NCBI GenBank assembly: GCA_973895155.1
Contig: OZ316899.1
Coordinates: 4,963,241-5,027,240 of the forward strand
Reading direction: 5' to 3'
Length of the DNA stretch: 64,000 bases
From: Marsupella aquatica
Taxonomy: Eukaryota; Plantae; Marchantiophyta
In this document: piece after piece, positions 26,379-38,979 of the stretch
Position numbering within the stretch: the stretch's first letter is position 1
Layout: the number at the start of each line of letters is the position of its first letter
Made by a program: the position numbers and the translations under genes
Notes under the pieces: generated by a model
Told to the model about the DNA's origin: nothing
The model's database searches: none
The model's input: only the letters and a program-made list of their open reading frames with translations

Positions 26379-28954
26379 TGTCAAACACTTGTCAAGGAGC
26401 TTAAGTGACTTTTCTCCCCCAAAAACTACCTAATATCTGCTTCATGTCATACCAAGGTCACAAAGGATTGACAAAACTTATAAAATGTGCTTACAATGTC
26501 TAATCACCCATGCATAAGTAGTTTCAACTCTCCACTTCTAGAGAGGTAGTCCCCTTGCCTACTTTTGCACTCACACCCTTCCCCTCTCCTCTACTCCCAA
26601 GATCAGTAAGAGGGGTCTCCGCTCCAGCTGTCACCTTAGAGTAGATTCTCTCACAAACACCCAAGAACCCAAAGTACTTTCCTTTTCAAGCTTAAGTCTC
26701 CTCAAGACCCTGAAAGTAGTGTTACCCCTCAACCTTGCCCCCTGGCCTTGGTTTGGGTCCACACATCCCCTTTGAGCTCTAGAGAAGGCTCCTCTATCTA
26801 AGGACTCTTCCTCTTGTTCTTACTTCTTGTTAACACCACACACCAAGCAAAGTATTTTCCACCCTCAAGCTACAACCCTCTCTAAGTCTCAAAGTAGTGC
26901 TCTACCTTAACCTTGCCTCCTTGGCCTTGGTTTTGTACTAGCACATCCCCTTCAAGCTTAGACCAAGATTACACCATAGCATGGACTCTTATCTTGCTCT
27001 CATATACTTCAAATGCACTCACACTTAATGGTCACAATGAAGATTGACAAGTCTCATTTTATTGCATCACCTTTACAACAAAAGTTCACTACACATTCTC
27101 CACACTAAGCTTGGACCCCCTCTTCCTTCTCAAGCTTAGCCCTACCTCGGCAAGGTAGAGATTCCACTTAAGAGATGAGACTCCAAGTCCCTAACAAAGG
27201 AAAACTTTCTCTTTTTATACTATTCTCCTTTCACACCACACCAAGCTCAATCTGGGGTCCAACGACACCTCCCCCAAGTACCAATGACCAAAGTAGCCCA
27301 CCAAGGATCAAGGACCAAAAACCAAGGTAGCCCACCAAAGACCAAAGTCCTCTTAACTACCAAAGTCTTACTAACCCACTCTCACTCAAGCTCCTTCACC
27401 TTGTGATTGCCTGGTCTTGCATCCGCCCTTGTGCTTGACTCATTCCTGCCTTGTGGTAGCCTCGTCAAAGCGTTTTTACACTTAGTCTGATTTTGTTATT
27501 TGGAAAGAATATAATTCACCGACCCATATTGTACCCCCCGCCAGAAATCACCCATGAGGCCAAAAAGACTTCTGAGTAGATCCACAAATTCTCTTGACAT
27601 AGGACTATGCCCTGGTTTCCAGGGATAGAGTGGACCATATTTAACCTACTTTCCAATTTGAAACCCCTACATTTTCCATCAGCTATTTTTCCCGAGACCC
27701 GCTATTTTGTTAATTTAAGTCCCACCGAAACACAAGGAAATCCTAGGTTGAGACCCCACTTGACGTCATACTTCACAGGGGTACTCTAAGGACCTCCTAA
27801 GTAGCAGCTATGGGAAAAATCTTTAACCAAAACTAAGATTTCAAGTGTCGGGTCATTTTCCGGCAGTCGCCTATTCTAACTAAGGACAAAACATTTGCTA
27901 CCCTACCATAAAGACCTTACTTATCCCTTGACACTTTTTTGGAACATCATATCTTATCATTTTCATTATTTTCTACTAACCTTCCCTAGTTACTTACGGT
28001 TGCAAATCCTAAATACTTTGCTAACACTAAAACGTCTTTTTTACTATTCTTTGTTCAAAAAGCAAAAAAATGACAAGTTTCTTACATAAACCTATATCGA
28101 GCCATTCCACACTCAACCATGGAGAAAAGCCCTTCCCCTTCCATACTCCTTACTTATCATTTTTCAATGTGTCTTTCTCCCAAACTAAGTGGAAAATTGG
28201 CCAGCGCTTTTGCACAAGAGTGAAGCCAATAATTTATACCTTATCTTCAATGTTCTAGATGTTGGGTAAGGATTGCAACAAAGGTGCCCCTTCCAAGCTA
28301 CACAGACCCCCAAGGCAAGACAAATCCACACCGGTAGGTGAATGAACAAGTCAATTACCAAGGCAGTTGCACTCAAGGTTAGGAAACACACCTCCAAGCA
28401 CACATAAGCCCAATTCTTTCACATCTACTTCCCAAGGTCCCTCTTCCATCAAAGAAAGTACCTCCCAACTCTCAACTAGGCCCTTCAAACATTAGGCACC
28501 TAGAAGAGAGGAGCTATGGCTCTTTTACTCACAATCATGGCAATATCTCTCTTCCCCACCTCCAAGCTCTCAACTTTGAGAAAATGAGAATGAAGAATGA
28601 TCCCCTCCTTCCCTCCAGGCTCTCCCTTAAGCCCCTGACCTGCTTCCCCCATCAGAATTTTCAACTTCCTCCTCCAACCCACTTCACACCAACTAAGCAC
28701 TTGGAAACAATTCACTAGCAGCCCAAAAATTGCCCGCCACCTCTCCACTATAAACCAGACACTAAATCCAAGTGAATGTTGAGCAAATAGGGACCAAACA
28801 ACAGTAAAACTATGGACCAATCTCAATCCAACCTGAACTCAAGCTCCAATCACCCTCCAAGCCTCCCCAACACTTGTGAAGGCCTAACTTGCAGTCCAAC
28901 TAGCTTTTGCCACCTCTATGAACTCAACCACCTGGTTATGCTCCACAAACAACA
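26379..28954 (-). repeat. 5' LTR
   Basis: TGTCAAAC...AACA. Direct repeat of 22081-24827, lacking about 150 bp present at 23330-23480. Confidence 0.9.
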
Positions 28955-29879
28955 GGTCTAACTAAGCTCAGGTTAACCCAAGCTTGGGTTAACTTAAGTA
29001 GATGCTACGTGTCAGGATGGGAGGACTCCAAGATTTACTCACGTTTCTTATGAAGAATTGATAAGGACATCAATTTTTGCAGCCATTTTCCTCTCTCTTG
29101 AATTCAATCTGAAATGACAACATTCTCTGTTGGATTCAAATGGCAACAGGTCAATCAATAGCTCAGCCAGATTTGCAGCAGCCTTCTCAGTCCACCTCCA
29201 TAGCCATCCAGGCTTGCAGGTGATTCAAAATTGCAGCAAAATTTTGCAACAGCCACAGCCCACCAACTCACAGCTAGCCCTCTTTCTTCCTTGTAGTTGG
29301 TCCTTACTGATTCGCTTCTACATTCAATCACTTTGCTAGCAGCCTAGCTCTATTCTCCAGCAGCCAGCCATAGCTCGTGACCCTTCTCAACTTTGTAGCT
29401 AGCAAAGCAACAACACTATTGAGCTTGCAGCATGCTCAATAATTAGCCAACCATCCGTTTTTTCTGCAGCTCAGCCGACACTAAACATCTTGTGCTTGAA
29501 GCTAGCCCTTCTAATTCTTGTGCAACAGTCAGTCTGATCAGCCGCCAGCCCTTCAATTTTGTAGCCCACCATAGCTCACAGCCAGCCAACCATCTCTTGA
29601 TCAGCATGAGCGTATTTCTCCATAGCAAGCAGCTCTATTCCAATCAGCCAATTTTGATCAGCATCCCATGTCTGAAGCTATAGCACCTCAATTCAATTTT
29701 GTAGCTGCCTCTTGATCCCAATTCAAAGCAAACATCTCATGCATTGACCCTTATGGTGTTACCTGACTTCGTGCTTGAGTCTCCCCAACCTCGTGCTTAA
29801 GTCATGGTTGCCGTCGACGTGGTTGATACTTAGAAAAAAATTTGGATTTTGTTTTTGGAAAAAACTGTCTTCCTTGGCC

Positions 29880-30932
29880 ATTTTGGACCACCCCCCAAAA
29901 TCACTCATGAGTCCAAAAGGACTTCTGAGTAGATCCACATATTCTATGGACATAGGACCCCGGGGTCCTCACTTCTTTTCTTCCGACCCATCACGCGCAA
30001 ATAAGTATAGGGTTTTTTATTGGGTTTAGTGAAGTACTTTTAAATTTTTGTTGAAGAATATTAGGGTTATTTTAATACAATTTTGAGAATTATAAGAATC
30101 ATAGGGTTTTTTAAAATAAAATATGTGAATATTCTTGGAATATTCCAATAAGTTAGGGGTTAAAAATTCCTTAAAAAAATTATTGACTTAACTTTTAGGG
30201 TGTTTATTCCCCCAAAACTTTGAGCGTGATATGGGACACCCCTTTGATTGAGGCCCCCGAGCATAGGACTATGTCCTGGTTTACTAAGTTCAAACAAAAC
30301 CCTATATTAATCAATTTTCTATAATTAGGTAAATATGGTTAATTCTTCTGTTTTCCAAAATTCTTCTCAACTTTGAGATGCTCCCAAAAAGTAACCAAAG
30401 GTAACCAACTTCTTCCACACAAGTTTCCAAGGATAGAAGGGACACTAGTAAACTTATATTTTGACTTAGACCCTAACTTTTTGCCCATTAGGTATTTTTC
30501 CCGGGACCTGCTATTTTGTTAATTTAAGTCCCACCAAAACACAAGGAAAATCTAAATAGGTTGAGACCCCACTTGACGTCATACTTCACAAGGGTGCTCT
30601 AAGGACCCTCCTAGCACCTATGGGAAAAATCTTTAACCAAAACTAAGACTTCAAGTGTCGGGTCATTTTCCGGCCCAATTTAGTTGCCTACTCTAACTAA
30701 GGACGGAACATTTGTTGCCCTACCATAAAGACCTCACTTATCCCTTGACACTTTCTTAGAACAACATATCTTCTCCCTTAGTTACATTATTTCCTACTAG
30801 CCTTCCCTAGCTACTTAGGGTTGCAAACCCTAAATACGCTGTTAACATTAAAACATCTTTCTTACTATTCCTTGTTCAAAAAACAAAAAATGACACGTTT
30901 TTTACATAAACCTATATTGAGCCATTCCACAA
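29880..30932. repeat. Diverged partial copy of the same LTR family
   Basis: 30260-30930 aligns with 23320-23970 and 27600-28110. Confidence 0.75.
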
Positions 30933-31355
30933 GATGGAAGCTCTCCAATTGTCGTTCGTAAAATCTGGAGTCTGTCCCCAACCGACCCGGTGGTGCTGTG
31001 TTATAGTCTCTTCTTCTTTCCCAATTGGAGAAAGTGTTTTATTGCCGTCCATGCAAGGTGTTGACGCGCGCATCTCTATGATCCAATTGGTGTTGGTGCC
31101 AGATGTTTTGTATCTCCGACTCCATCCATGGTGAGTCGATCATCCCTACATCCATTTTAAAGTAAGATGATCTTCTTCGACCACCACTCATGTCAACCTT
31201 GAGGACAAAGGTGCACAAGACAGGGATGTGGTCCAAGAGAGTCTGTTGGCCATCATGGATTATGGATAAAGTATAAGCACACCAACTATTTTGTGCGCTG
31301 CTGTAATTTCCGTCAAGCCTAGACTGCTCGTACCTATCAGTTTTTCTGGCCTGTC
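30933..31355 (-). mobile_element. L1 LINE ORF2 endonuclease C-terminal part (continues from 56313)
   Basis: RQARKTDRYEQSRLDG...LLDHIPV...SYFKMD, the APE endonuclease end motifs. Confidence 0.85.
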
Positions 31356-32014
31356 GGGGTCGTGTACTTCATCAGTTATCAATGAGTTTCACCAGTGATT
31401 GATATCGATCAGTCCAACACCGGAACTCAACGAATCAGTTGAGATGAATTCTTTTGGGGCACAACCCAATCCACAACCCAATCGCAGTCCGCGCCATTGT
31501 CGGTGCCTCTTTGAGGTTGGATCGGGTACTTTACTTCGACCATTTCTTATGTCGGTTGCCTCTCTGACATTAAAGGAGAATATAAAGTTTCAATCTTGGC
31601 GGCCTCTCTGAGATTTCCTCGAAGTTCAGTTGAATCTCAACAACCCCCGCCGAGATTCAACTGAAATTCGAGGAAAAAGAAATGGTTTTGACTAGCAGAT
31701 CAGCAAAAAAAAATCTTCTCACACACGGTCTTCGATATATCATGGGGTGTTGCTACTAAATCTCAAAAAGGATCCATACAACACATCATACAACAGAGTC
31801 CATACAACAGGTCCCTTTCAAAGACTCATCTCAAAGACCCTTGCCGACTTATCCAGGAGAGCTCGACATGACATTGAAAAACAACACGGGGTCGAGCGTT
31901 GAAAGTACAGGACTAGAACATAACCTTTGGAGGAAATTTTGATTTTACTTCGTATACAACATGTTGCTCTGTTGTGAAATATTCACAAATTGAGGCAATC
32001 CATCGATCCTCTAT

Positions 32015-32814
32015 CTACAAACTGATTGTCTGGCAGATTAGGTCTACAATTATCTTTTGTCGTATAAGCAGTAAATATTTAGGGTCAACCGCCAATACAG
32101 AGCCTCTAGAAAGACGCTCCATGTAGATTATGACGGATACTCCACAATTGTAACTATTGGGTTGGGCTGGAATATTGTCGCGGACAATGCGTTGCCATTG
32201 TAATGGCGATAAGTTGGGACAACTACGCAAGCAGGATAGGTCATGGAGAAATCGACCGACATTCACCAAATCGTTGCATTCCGATGCTTCGCCTCCAATG
32301 GGATCGAGCAAATGTAGTTGCTGCAAAGTAAAATTAACCACAGCTAGTACCCAATGTTTTGGCATGTGGATGGGGATTAGAATGAGGTCGAATGAAAAGA
32401 CGTTAATGCCCTTCATAAATGCCAATGCTGCGTTGAAGCTGTACGTTGGATGCGTCAAGACATTGTAAAAATGTGTGGGCAAAAGCATGCATTTGGGTTT
32501 TGCAGTGACCTCTGCTCTACGCTCCAATAGAGGAATGTAAGCATTGATGATGTCGCAAGTGAGCCATTTTTTTGCCCTCAAGCATTTGAAATCTTTTCTC
32601 TTCAATTTTAGGTCGTTGAGGCTGACTAGGACTTCATCTTGGTCCCTGTTGGGGTCCAATGCTTCTTTGACTATGGTTGCAAGTATGGCTGGTTGATGTC
32701 ATTGTGCAGGCACCCCCTGATTTGGTTGTTGGTGCACAGGCACCCCCTGATTGACTCCTTGCTGGGCAGTCACTGCCTCGTCGACTGGTTGTTGTGGCTC
32801 AGTTTGCTTCTGAG
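32015..32814 (-). CDS. Ulp1-like (peptidase C48) SUMO protease domain, probably the terminal exon of the upstream gene
   Basis: KWLTCDIINAY, IPIHMPKHWVLAVV, LLDP and QPNSYNCGV give an intact His-Asp-Gln-Cys catalytic set. A TTGCAG acceptor lies at about 32815, with one in-frame TGA upstream of the domain. Confidence 0.9.
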
Positions 32815-33335
32815 CTGCAATGAAGGTAAATTCACCCAAAAATTACTCTTCAGAATTGGAGCTTGACAAACTTATGCTTGCATGGTGAGTTTGGAGACTA
32901 TCACTATCACTTCCTACTGAGCTACTCTCATCCGATTCAGCCTCTTCTGCCCTATCATTGACAAATTTGAGAGTCTTCCTTGTTCTCTCTTTCACACAAT
33001 GAGCAACTCTTTCTTCATGATACGTATCATCGTAGCACGGTAGGCTTGACTTCTCCGAAGAGAATAATGCCGAAGCTTCCTCCCACGCGAGCTTCACAAG
33101 TTGTCTGTCCTATGTGTCCCATTCCTTGGTTGCCAACTCGGTGGTCCTGTCGGGAACTACTACTAAGTTATACTTAAATCGAATCATGTATTGCGCCAAA
33201 ATAGACGGATCACAAGAACACAAATTTGTGGGGCAAGTGAGCCGATATGGACACCCCAGATAATCCATTGAGTCGCCTTTCAAGATAGATCTCAAAGAGG
33301 CTAGCCAAGATGTATTTTTGTCCCTCTAGACGCAT

Positions 33336-33760
33336 CTAAGGCCCTACGTGGACTTGCCAGTAGAAGTTGACGTGGCCAGGCCATCCAAGATTCATTTGGG
33401 CGAGGCCCGCCGACATGCATCTCAGAGAGGCCCGCTGAGATGGACTTGCCTGGAAATCTGAATATGCCCAGGCCAGATGCGATTCCTCTTGGTGAGGCCC
33501 ACCAACATGCATGTCAGAGAGGCCAGCGAAGATGGACTTGCCTGGAAATCTGAATATGCCTGGGCCAGATGCGATTCCCTGTCTAGGCCCACCAACATGC
33601 ATCTCGGAGAGGCCAGCTGAGATGGACTTTCCAACAAATCTCAAAGTGCCCAGGCCAGATGGGATCCTCTCGGCTAGGCCCGTCGACATGCATCTTGGAG
33701 AGGTCAGCCAAGATGGATTTGCCCAGATGGAGAGCCATCTCGGAGAGTCCACTGAAATAC
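33336..33760. repeat. Intronic ~92-bp tandem repeat carrying GCCGA-type motifs
   Basis: About 4.5 units (e.g. 33471 and 33563) between a GTGAGT donor (about 33808) and an acceptor (about 33330) on the minus strand. Confidence 0.8.
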
Positions 33761-35589
33761 TACGGGACAATATTAAAATCATTGAAGGGAAACGGTAGTA
33801 AACTCACATGAAGGCTTTTTCTTCTTGCACTTTTCTGGATTGGATGTTTGACGATCCATTGCCTCCTCTTGCTCCGTTAGAGGCCCTCCAACAAACTCTG
33901 TCATTGTGTCTAACGCATAAGATTTGAAGTACGGATAGGATTTGGTCCCAAACACCATCTGCCCATAGTTCTCACTAGCCTTAAAGATAGCCCCGAAGTG
34001 TGCATTGAACGTGACAACAGTTCCCCCTTGCTTAGTTGTATATTCTATTATACATCGGAGTGTTGCTGGAGACAAGGTGCCACCAAAATCATCAATGGTC
34101 TCATTCTGACCCGTTGTATAGTTAGTTAGCCCATTCCTCAACTTCATATCAAGCTCGACACTGATTGGCTTCACGTCATCCTTTGGGCATACCTCGGCAG
34201 ACAATTTAAATCCCCAAAGGTCCAGCTTGAGATATTCACTCTGGACGTACAGAACAAAGTCAGCGATGAGTCTTTCTGAGTACAAGTCATCAAAAAACAT
34301 AAGACAAGAATAGAGTTAAATCTATTAGACTTACCCACTTTTGAGTCATCAAGTCAAAGGTAGGTATGGCATTCCAGATGAAAAAGGTGTCTTTCAGCAC
34401 CCAATTGGTCTCTTCGTAATTGAGATTGTCATAAAGTACTGCGGAGTGGGCAACCGAAGCACTGTGCACTACGCCAAACAATCCCTCATCATTGAGGAAA
34501 ACTCACGCAAAATCCTCAACCCGACTGAGGTCGTCTAGTCGGAACAAATTCCACAATGGGATGTTCCCATCCGCGTGCATGCGCATGTCTGATCCCATTT
34601 GAATCAGAATCAGATTTGCACCAGACCTTGAAGGCTTCCCGTTCTTTACCTAACCTTCTACAGCCAAACCACTCCGCCTAAGCTTTCTGCACCAGTCTCT
34701 AAAACGGAGTACAACAACTGGTTCTTTACTGTCATTGGCAGTGTCAAAGTAAGTTTTGAAAAGATACGGAGACCATTTAAAATAACAATGCCTAAGCTGG
34801 GAAGAGAAGTCATTGGCGCTTGCACGTCGAACTCCAACCACCTCTGTGCCATCCGACTCCGGTTTGACATATTGCACTTCAACGTCCTCTTCGTAATTTG
34901 GGCCATCCGTTGGGGCCTCATGTTGGATTGTTGTGGGCGGAACCTCTATTGGGCTAGGCGGGGGTTGTGGTATGGTGCTAGGCGGGGGTTGCTCTATGGG
35001 GCTGGGCGGAATGTCTTCAAGCTCAGTGTCACGTGCTTTTGTGCGGCGAGGTTTGGGCCTCGTTGTTTTGGTCTTTTTTGCAACCTTTGTCTTCGGCCTT
35101 GAGGATAATGGCATCCGTTTTGGCGCCGGAGTATCAGACTTGCGCCCCTCTTGTTTGTCTTCTCCTTTGTTCTCTACCCATTTGTCTTCTCCTTTGTCCT
35201 CTACTCGTTCATCTTCTCCTTTGTTATCTACCCGTCCGTCGTCTGAATGATCCCCTCCTTGGGTTGCGTTCTCACCTTGGGTTGCATTCTCACCCTAGGA
35301 TGCGTCATGCGCTTGTTGTTGCTCGCTTTGTTGGTCCAGAGGCTGGTCTACCATTGGCTCTGTCAAAGGCTGCACACTTTGTTGCTCCACTTGCTGGTTG
35401 CCTTGTTGTAGTGTAGCCGGCTCTATCATTGGTTCTGCAGTTGGTTCTGTAGCCGGCTCTATTGTTGGCTGTGGAGCCTTCTCTATAATTGGCTTTGAAG
35501 CCACTTCTACATCCTTGCTTTTTACAGAACCTGGTTCCTCTGGTATCTCCTTCATACCTGGATAGATTGCAAAGCAATGGGGTTATTGA

Positions 35590-35920
35590 TCCTAAGCTTC
35601 TCAGCGAGCCTCGCCGACATGACATCCAGACACTTGACATTATACTTCATCTCCAAAGGTCCGGACGACATTTGGCTGTTCTTCTCAGCGAGCCTCGCCA
35701 AGATGAGATCCATAGACACTAGACGTTATACTTTATCTCCAAGGGTCCGGATGACATTTGCATGTTCTTCTCAATGAGCCTTGCCGAGATGAGATCCAAG
35801 GGTTCAAACGAGATGCAACTGAAACTTCTTTGTTCTCAGTGAGCCTCGCCAAGATGAGATGCAGTCTATCTCAATGACCCCAAAATTGGTTCAGTACTAT
35901 GTTAGCAAACCCAGCCAAGA
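35590..35920. repeat. Intronic ~86-bp tandem repeat with GAGCCTCGCCGA motif
   Basis: Units start near 35597, 35683, 35766 and 35833, inside a predicted intron at about 35559-35970. Confidence 0.75.
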
Positions 35921-38900
35921 TGTAGTTCCAAATGAAACCACTATGCAGTGCAAAAGGAATCGAGTAATACCTGATGTTTTTCTTGGACTGGTTAGAGAGT
36001 CAGACTGACTGATGTCGCTTGATGGTTCCTTCTCAACCTTCCGTTCACCTTATTTTCTGGCCTTCTTCCTGTCATAGGCAGGGTCAGTTGGGATAAGGGT
36101 CTCCACCTCTGTTGCCTCTGTTACTGAATCTGACAGTTGTTGCAACTTTGTTATATTGTAGTAATTACTAGGTTCCCGTGCTTCTTTGAGCAGGTCTGCA
36201 CTATCCTTCTTGGCAACCTCGAGAAAAGTGTTCCAATTGTCATACTCCATGTACATGGGCAGTTCCTCCGTTCCCAATCCAAGAATACTCTGCCATGAGG
36301 CATGCGACCATCACATAGATATGTGCTAAGGCTACCTGTAGCTTCCATCCAAGATCTAATCGCCAATGGTAGTTGTTTCAACATTGTTGCATTCATGTTC
36401 TCCTGATGTATGAGAAATCTTGTCACGCACCGCTTTGTTTGCTTTATCCACGCTTCCCGAAACACCAATTTGGTATTCCCTTCATTCCAAATGTCATTAC
36501 CTACTTTTAAGGATTTCTCTTGCACATAAGATCGGTAAAGCTTTCTATAAAGCTCAGCAAATTCTCTCGCATTCCGCTAAAATTGCCAGCCTGGTAGGCC
36601 TTCTTAGCAAAATTGGTCAACAGGATACAACCAACGTAGTCGATGTAACACCACATTGACCACACTGCTAGCCATGATCTAACCGCTGAATCACTATTGC
36701 TACGTGGATGGTGATACCTACTCCTATCTTCCTCTGTTCCAAAATGAGCCTTCAAGAGTTTTAATTTGCACTCTGCAGTTAATCAAGCCCCAGAAAACAA
36801 GCGGATCCTGTCCATTCCAACCAGCACATTCATAACACCCTGCTTGGCCTCCTTTGCCAACTTGTGATAGAGCTGTCAACATGTCGGGATGAATTCAGCT
36901 CCATTGGCTGGATTCATGCAGGCCGCAAGCTTGGGGAACTTAGTGTCCCAGCTCTTGCACGCAGCAGTAATCATTGCCTCAGTCTCATGCTCAAGTCTCT
37001 TGGCATTCCACGGGTGCCCACGACCTGCGTCTTGTGCCATTTCCTTCAAAATATTGATTCGCCCCACTTCAATGTTTGACCAGCTCATGATGTACACAAC
37101 TGCCTCTTTTGTCATGTTCTTGGAGTACCAAGTCTTCTTGTGGCCACAATTTTGAGCCATCTCCTTCGACATAAGCAAACTGTACTCCTCCAATGGAGTG
37201 TTCAACAACTTTGCCACCCTATCGGCGTCATTGAACCATGACGTCCTTACGACAGTCGCGCTTATCTTGGACACGGCAAAGAATGTTCTTAGGTCTAACA
37301 TTCAAACAGGGCAATCTTTGACAGATTGCCAATAGGGTATTCACACAAGGGAAATGATATTGTATACCTGTTGTTGCAAAATGTGACTTACTTACGAGTT
37401 CAGAGCATGCATTGCTTGCTCAACCTTCTTGAATCCGTCCTGTCCAGCGTTCAAAAGAGAGAATCTGACACACGGATGGTATTGCGGTTGATCTGGAACT
37501 CCTCCGCAATTGCAGACCAAACTTCTTGTCCTTGAGCATTTTGAAGTCCTTTGACGCATCACACTCTTGCTCAAACTGCTCATTGATTTCAATCCACAGC
37601 GAGTCCCAATAGGGCTTGAACTCTGCCACTATCCTCGTTCCCCTACTTCGTTGAACTCAATGATGTGGCACTTTCTGAGCTTTACAACATAGCTGGTCTC
37701 TCTGAATCCTTTTTTTAGTTTGACCACTGACTCATCATGAAGATTCCTGACGGCCTCCATTGGCATGAGCCGGGGAGGATCCTTTTCAAACTTTGTCTCA
37801 TACTTGGAGACGATTGACTCCCAAGCTCCCTTCTCTGTAATATCTGCTAATTCCGCTGCTCCTATTGGCTCGAACGATATTTGCTTTGGCTCAAACTTCC
37901 TCCTTGAGTCCACTGACTCCACAAGGGGACCACCTTGTGAGCGTGTTAGTTGAGATATCACTGGCAAAGGGGACAAAGATTGTTGTTTCTTACTCCGCTG
38001 AGAAGTACCGCTATCAATAGGTCCAGCGACAGAACCAGCCGAGTCTTTCCTCTTCACCATTGTGATCTAAGATTATATGAGAAAACATTCAAGAATTACT
38101 TCACAATAACCATACATCTCGGCGAACCCCGTCGAGCAAAAGTTGACATGTTGAGCTTGCAACATACATTCAAATTGTGTAGACAGTCATGCAATGAACA
38201 AAAGATCCAACCTTGGAGATAGGTGAAGCGCCACGCTTGAAACTACAACCCACTGAGAGTGATTTGACCACCGCCGACTGAGACCTTCAAATCACCCTTT
38301 GCAGCACAAAGCTTGAAACTTTGAGAGTTGTCTGCTGCCCAGCTCAAACCAGACTGAGACCTTCAAATCACCTTTGCCAACCAGCATAGAGCTTGAAACT
38401 ATGAGACTCGACCGCTACCAAGGTGAAGCCTTCAAAACACCTTCGCAAACCAGGGCACACGGCCACACTTGCCAAGAATAAGTGGAAGAGAGGAAAGCCA
38501 ACGTGATTGGAAGACTGGGATGAAGAGCGGAGGGGACCTAGGAAGAGCGAGGATGCATGAGGAATAACGGGGAGTGAATGAGACAGGGAGTGAATGATGA
38601 AGAGTGAGGAAGCGTAGGGATAAGTGAGAAAGACGTTGAAAGCCCTAACGAAGAGTGAAGAGCAAGAGTGACAAGGAAGAGTAAGGAAGAAGGACCCTCG
38701 TACCGCACGTACCACACCGGTGACGAGGAAGAGTAAGGAAGGACCCTCGTACCGCACGTACCACACCGCACGGAAGTATGCCATGGATACGAGAGATCCC
38801 CGGTACCGCACCCCACACAAGTACATGGATACGGGAGATCCAAACTATACTATAGAACGTACATCTTGTTAATTAATGTGCCAAACAAGAAAGTACACGG

Positions 38901-38979
38901 CCAAACAAGAAAGTACATAAGGTTCTAGGGTTTACGGCCCAGTACGGGGGTATGAGATACGGCCAGTGTTTAGGGTTTA

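Larger units (their letters stand above)
22081..28954 (-). mobile_element. Non-autonomous Athila-like Gypsy (LTR-gag-LTR)
   Basis: Two 2.6-2.75-kb direct repeats, a tRNA-Asp PBS, a PPT-like GGTGGTGAGC next to 24827, and a 1.55-kb interior with gag only. No TSD found. Confidence 0.85.
32843..38060 (-). pseudogene. ParB/Srx + methyltransferase-like gene, copy 2
   Basis: VRNLHDESVVKLKKGF (ParB N-terminal part), YHPCVRF...EQAMHALN then an intron at the same site as in copies 1 and 3, KTWYSKNMT, ANLILIQ...IPLWN...LNDEGLFGVVHS, IIEYTTKQGGTVVTFNAHFGAIF (motif I degenerate) and SSEKSSLPCY. The DGNHR segment has been removed by a small deletion. Confidence 0.75.

Noticed and set aside
23890-28826. 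Duplicated small ORFs (e.g. 24023-24262 / 28185-28403)
   Set aside because: They are incidental frames within the two LTR copies, with no domain signal.
33336-33798. ORFs 33336-33782, 33422-33637 and 33511-33798
   Set aside because: They are translations of the intronic 92-bp tandem repeat.
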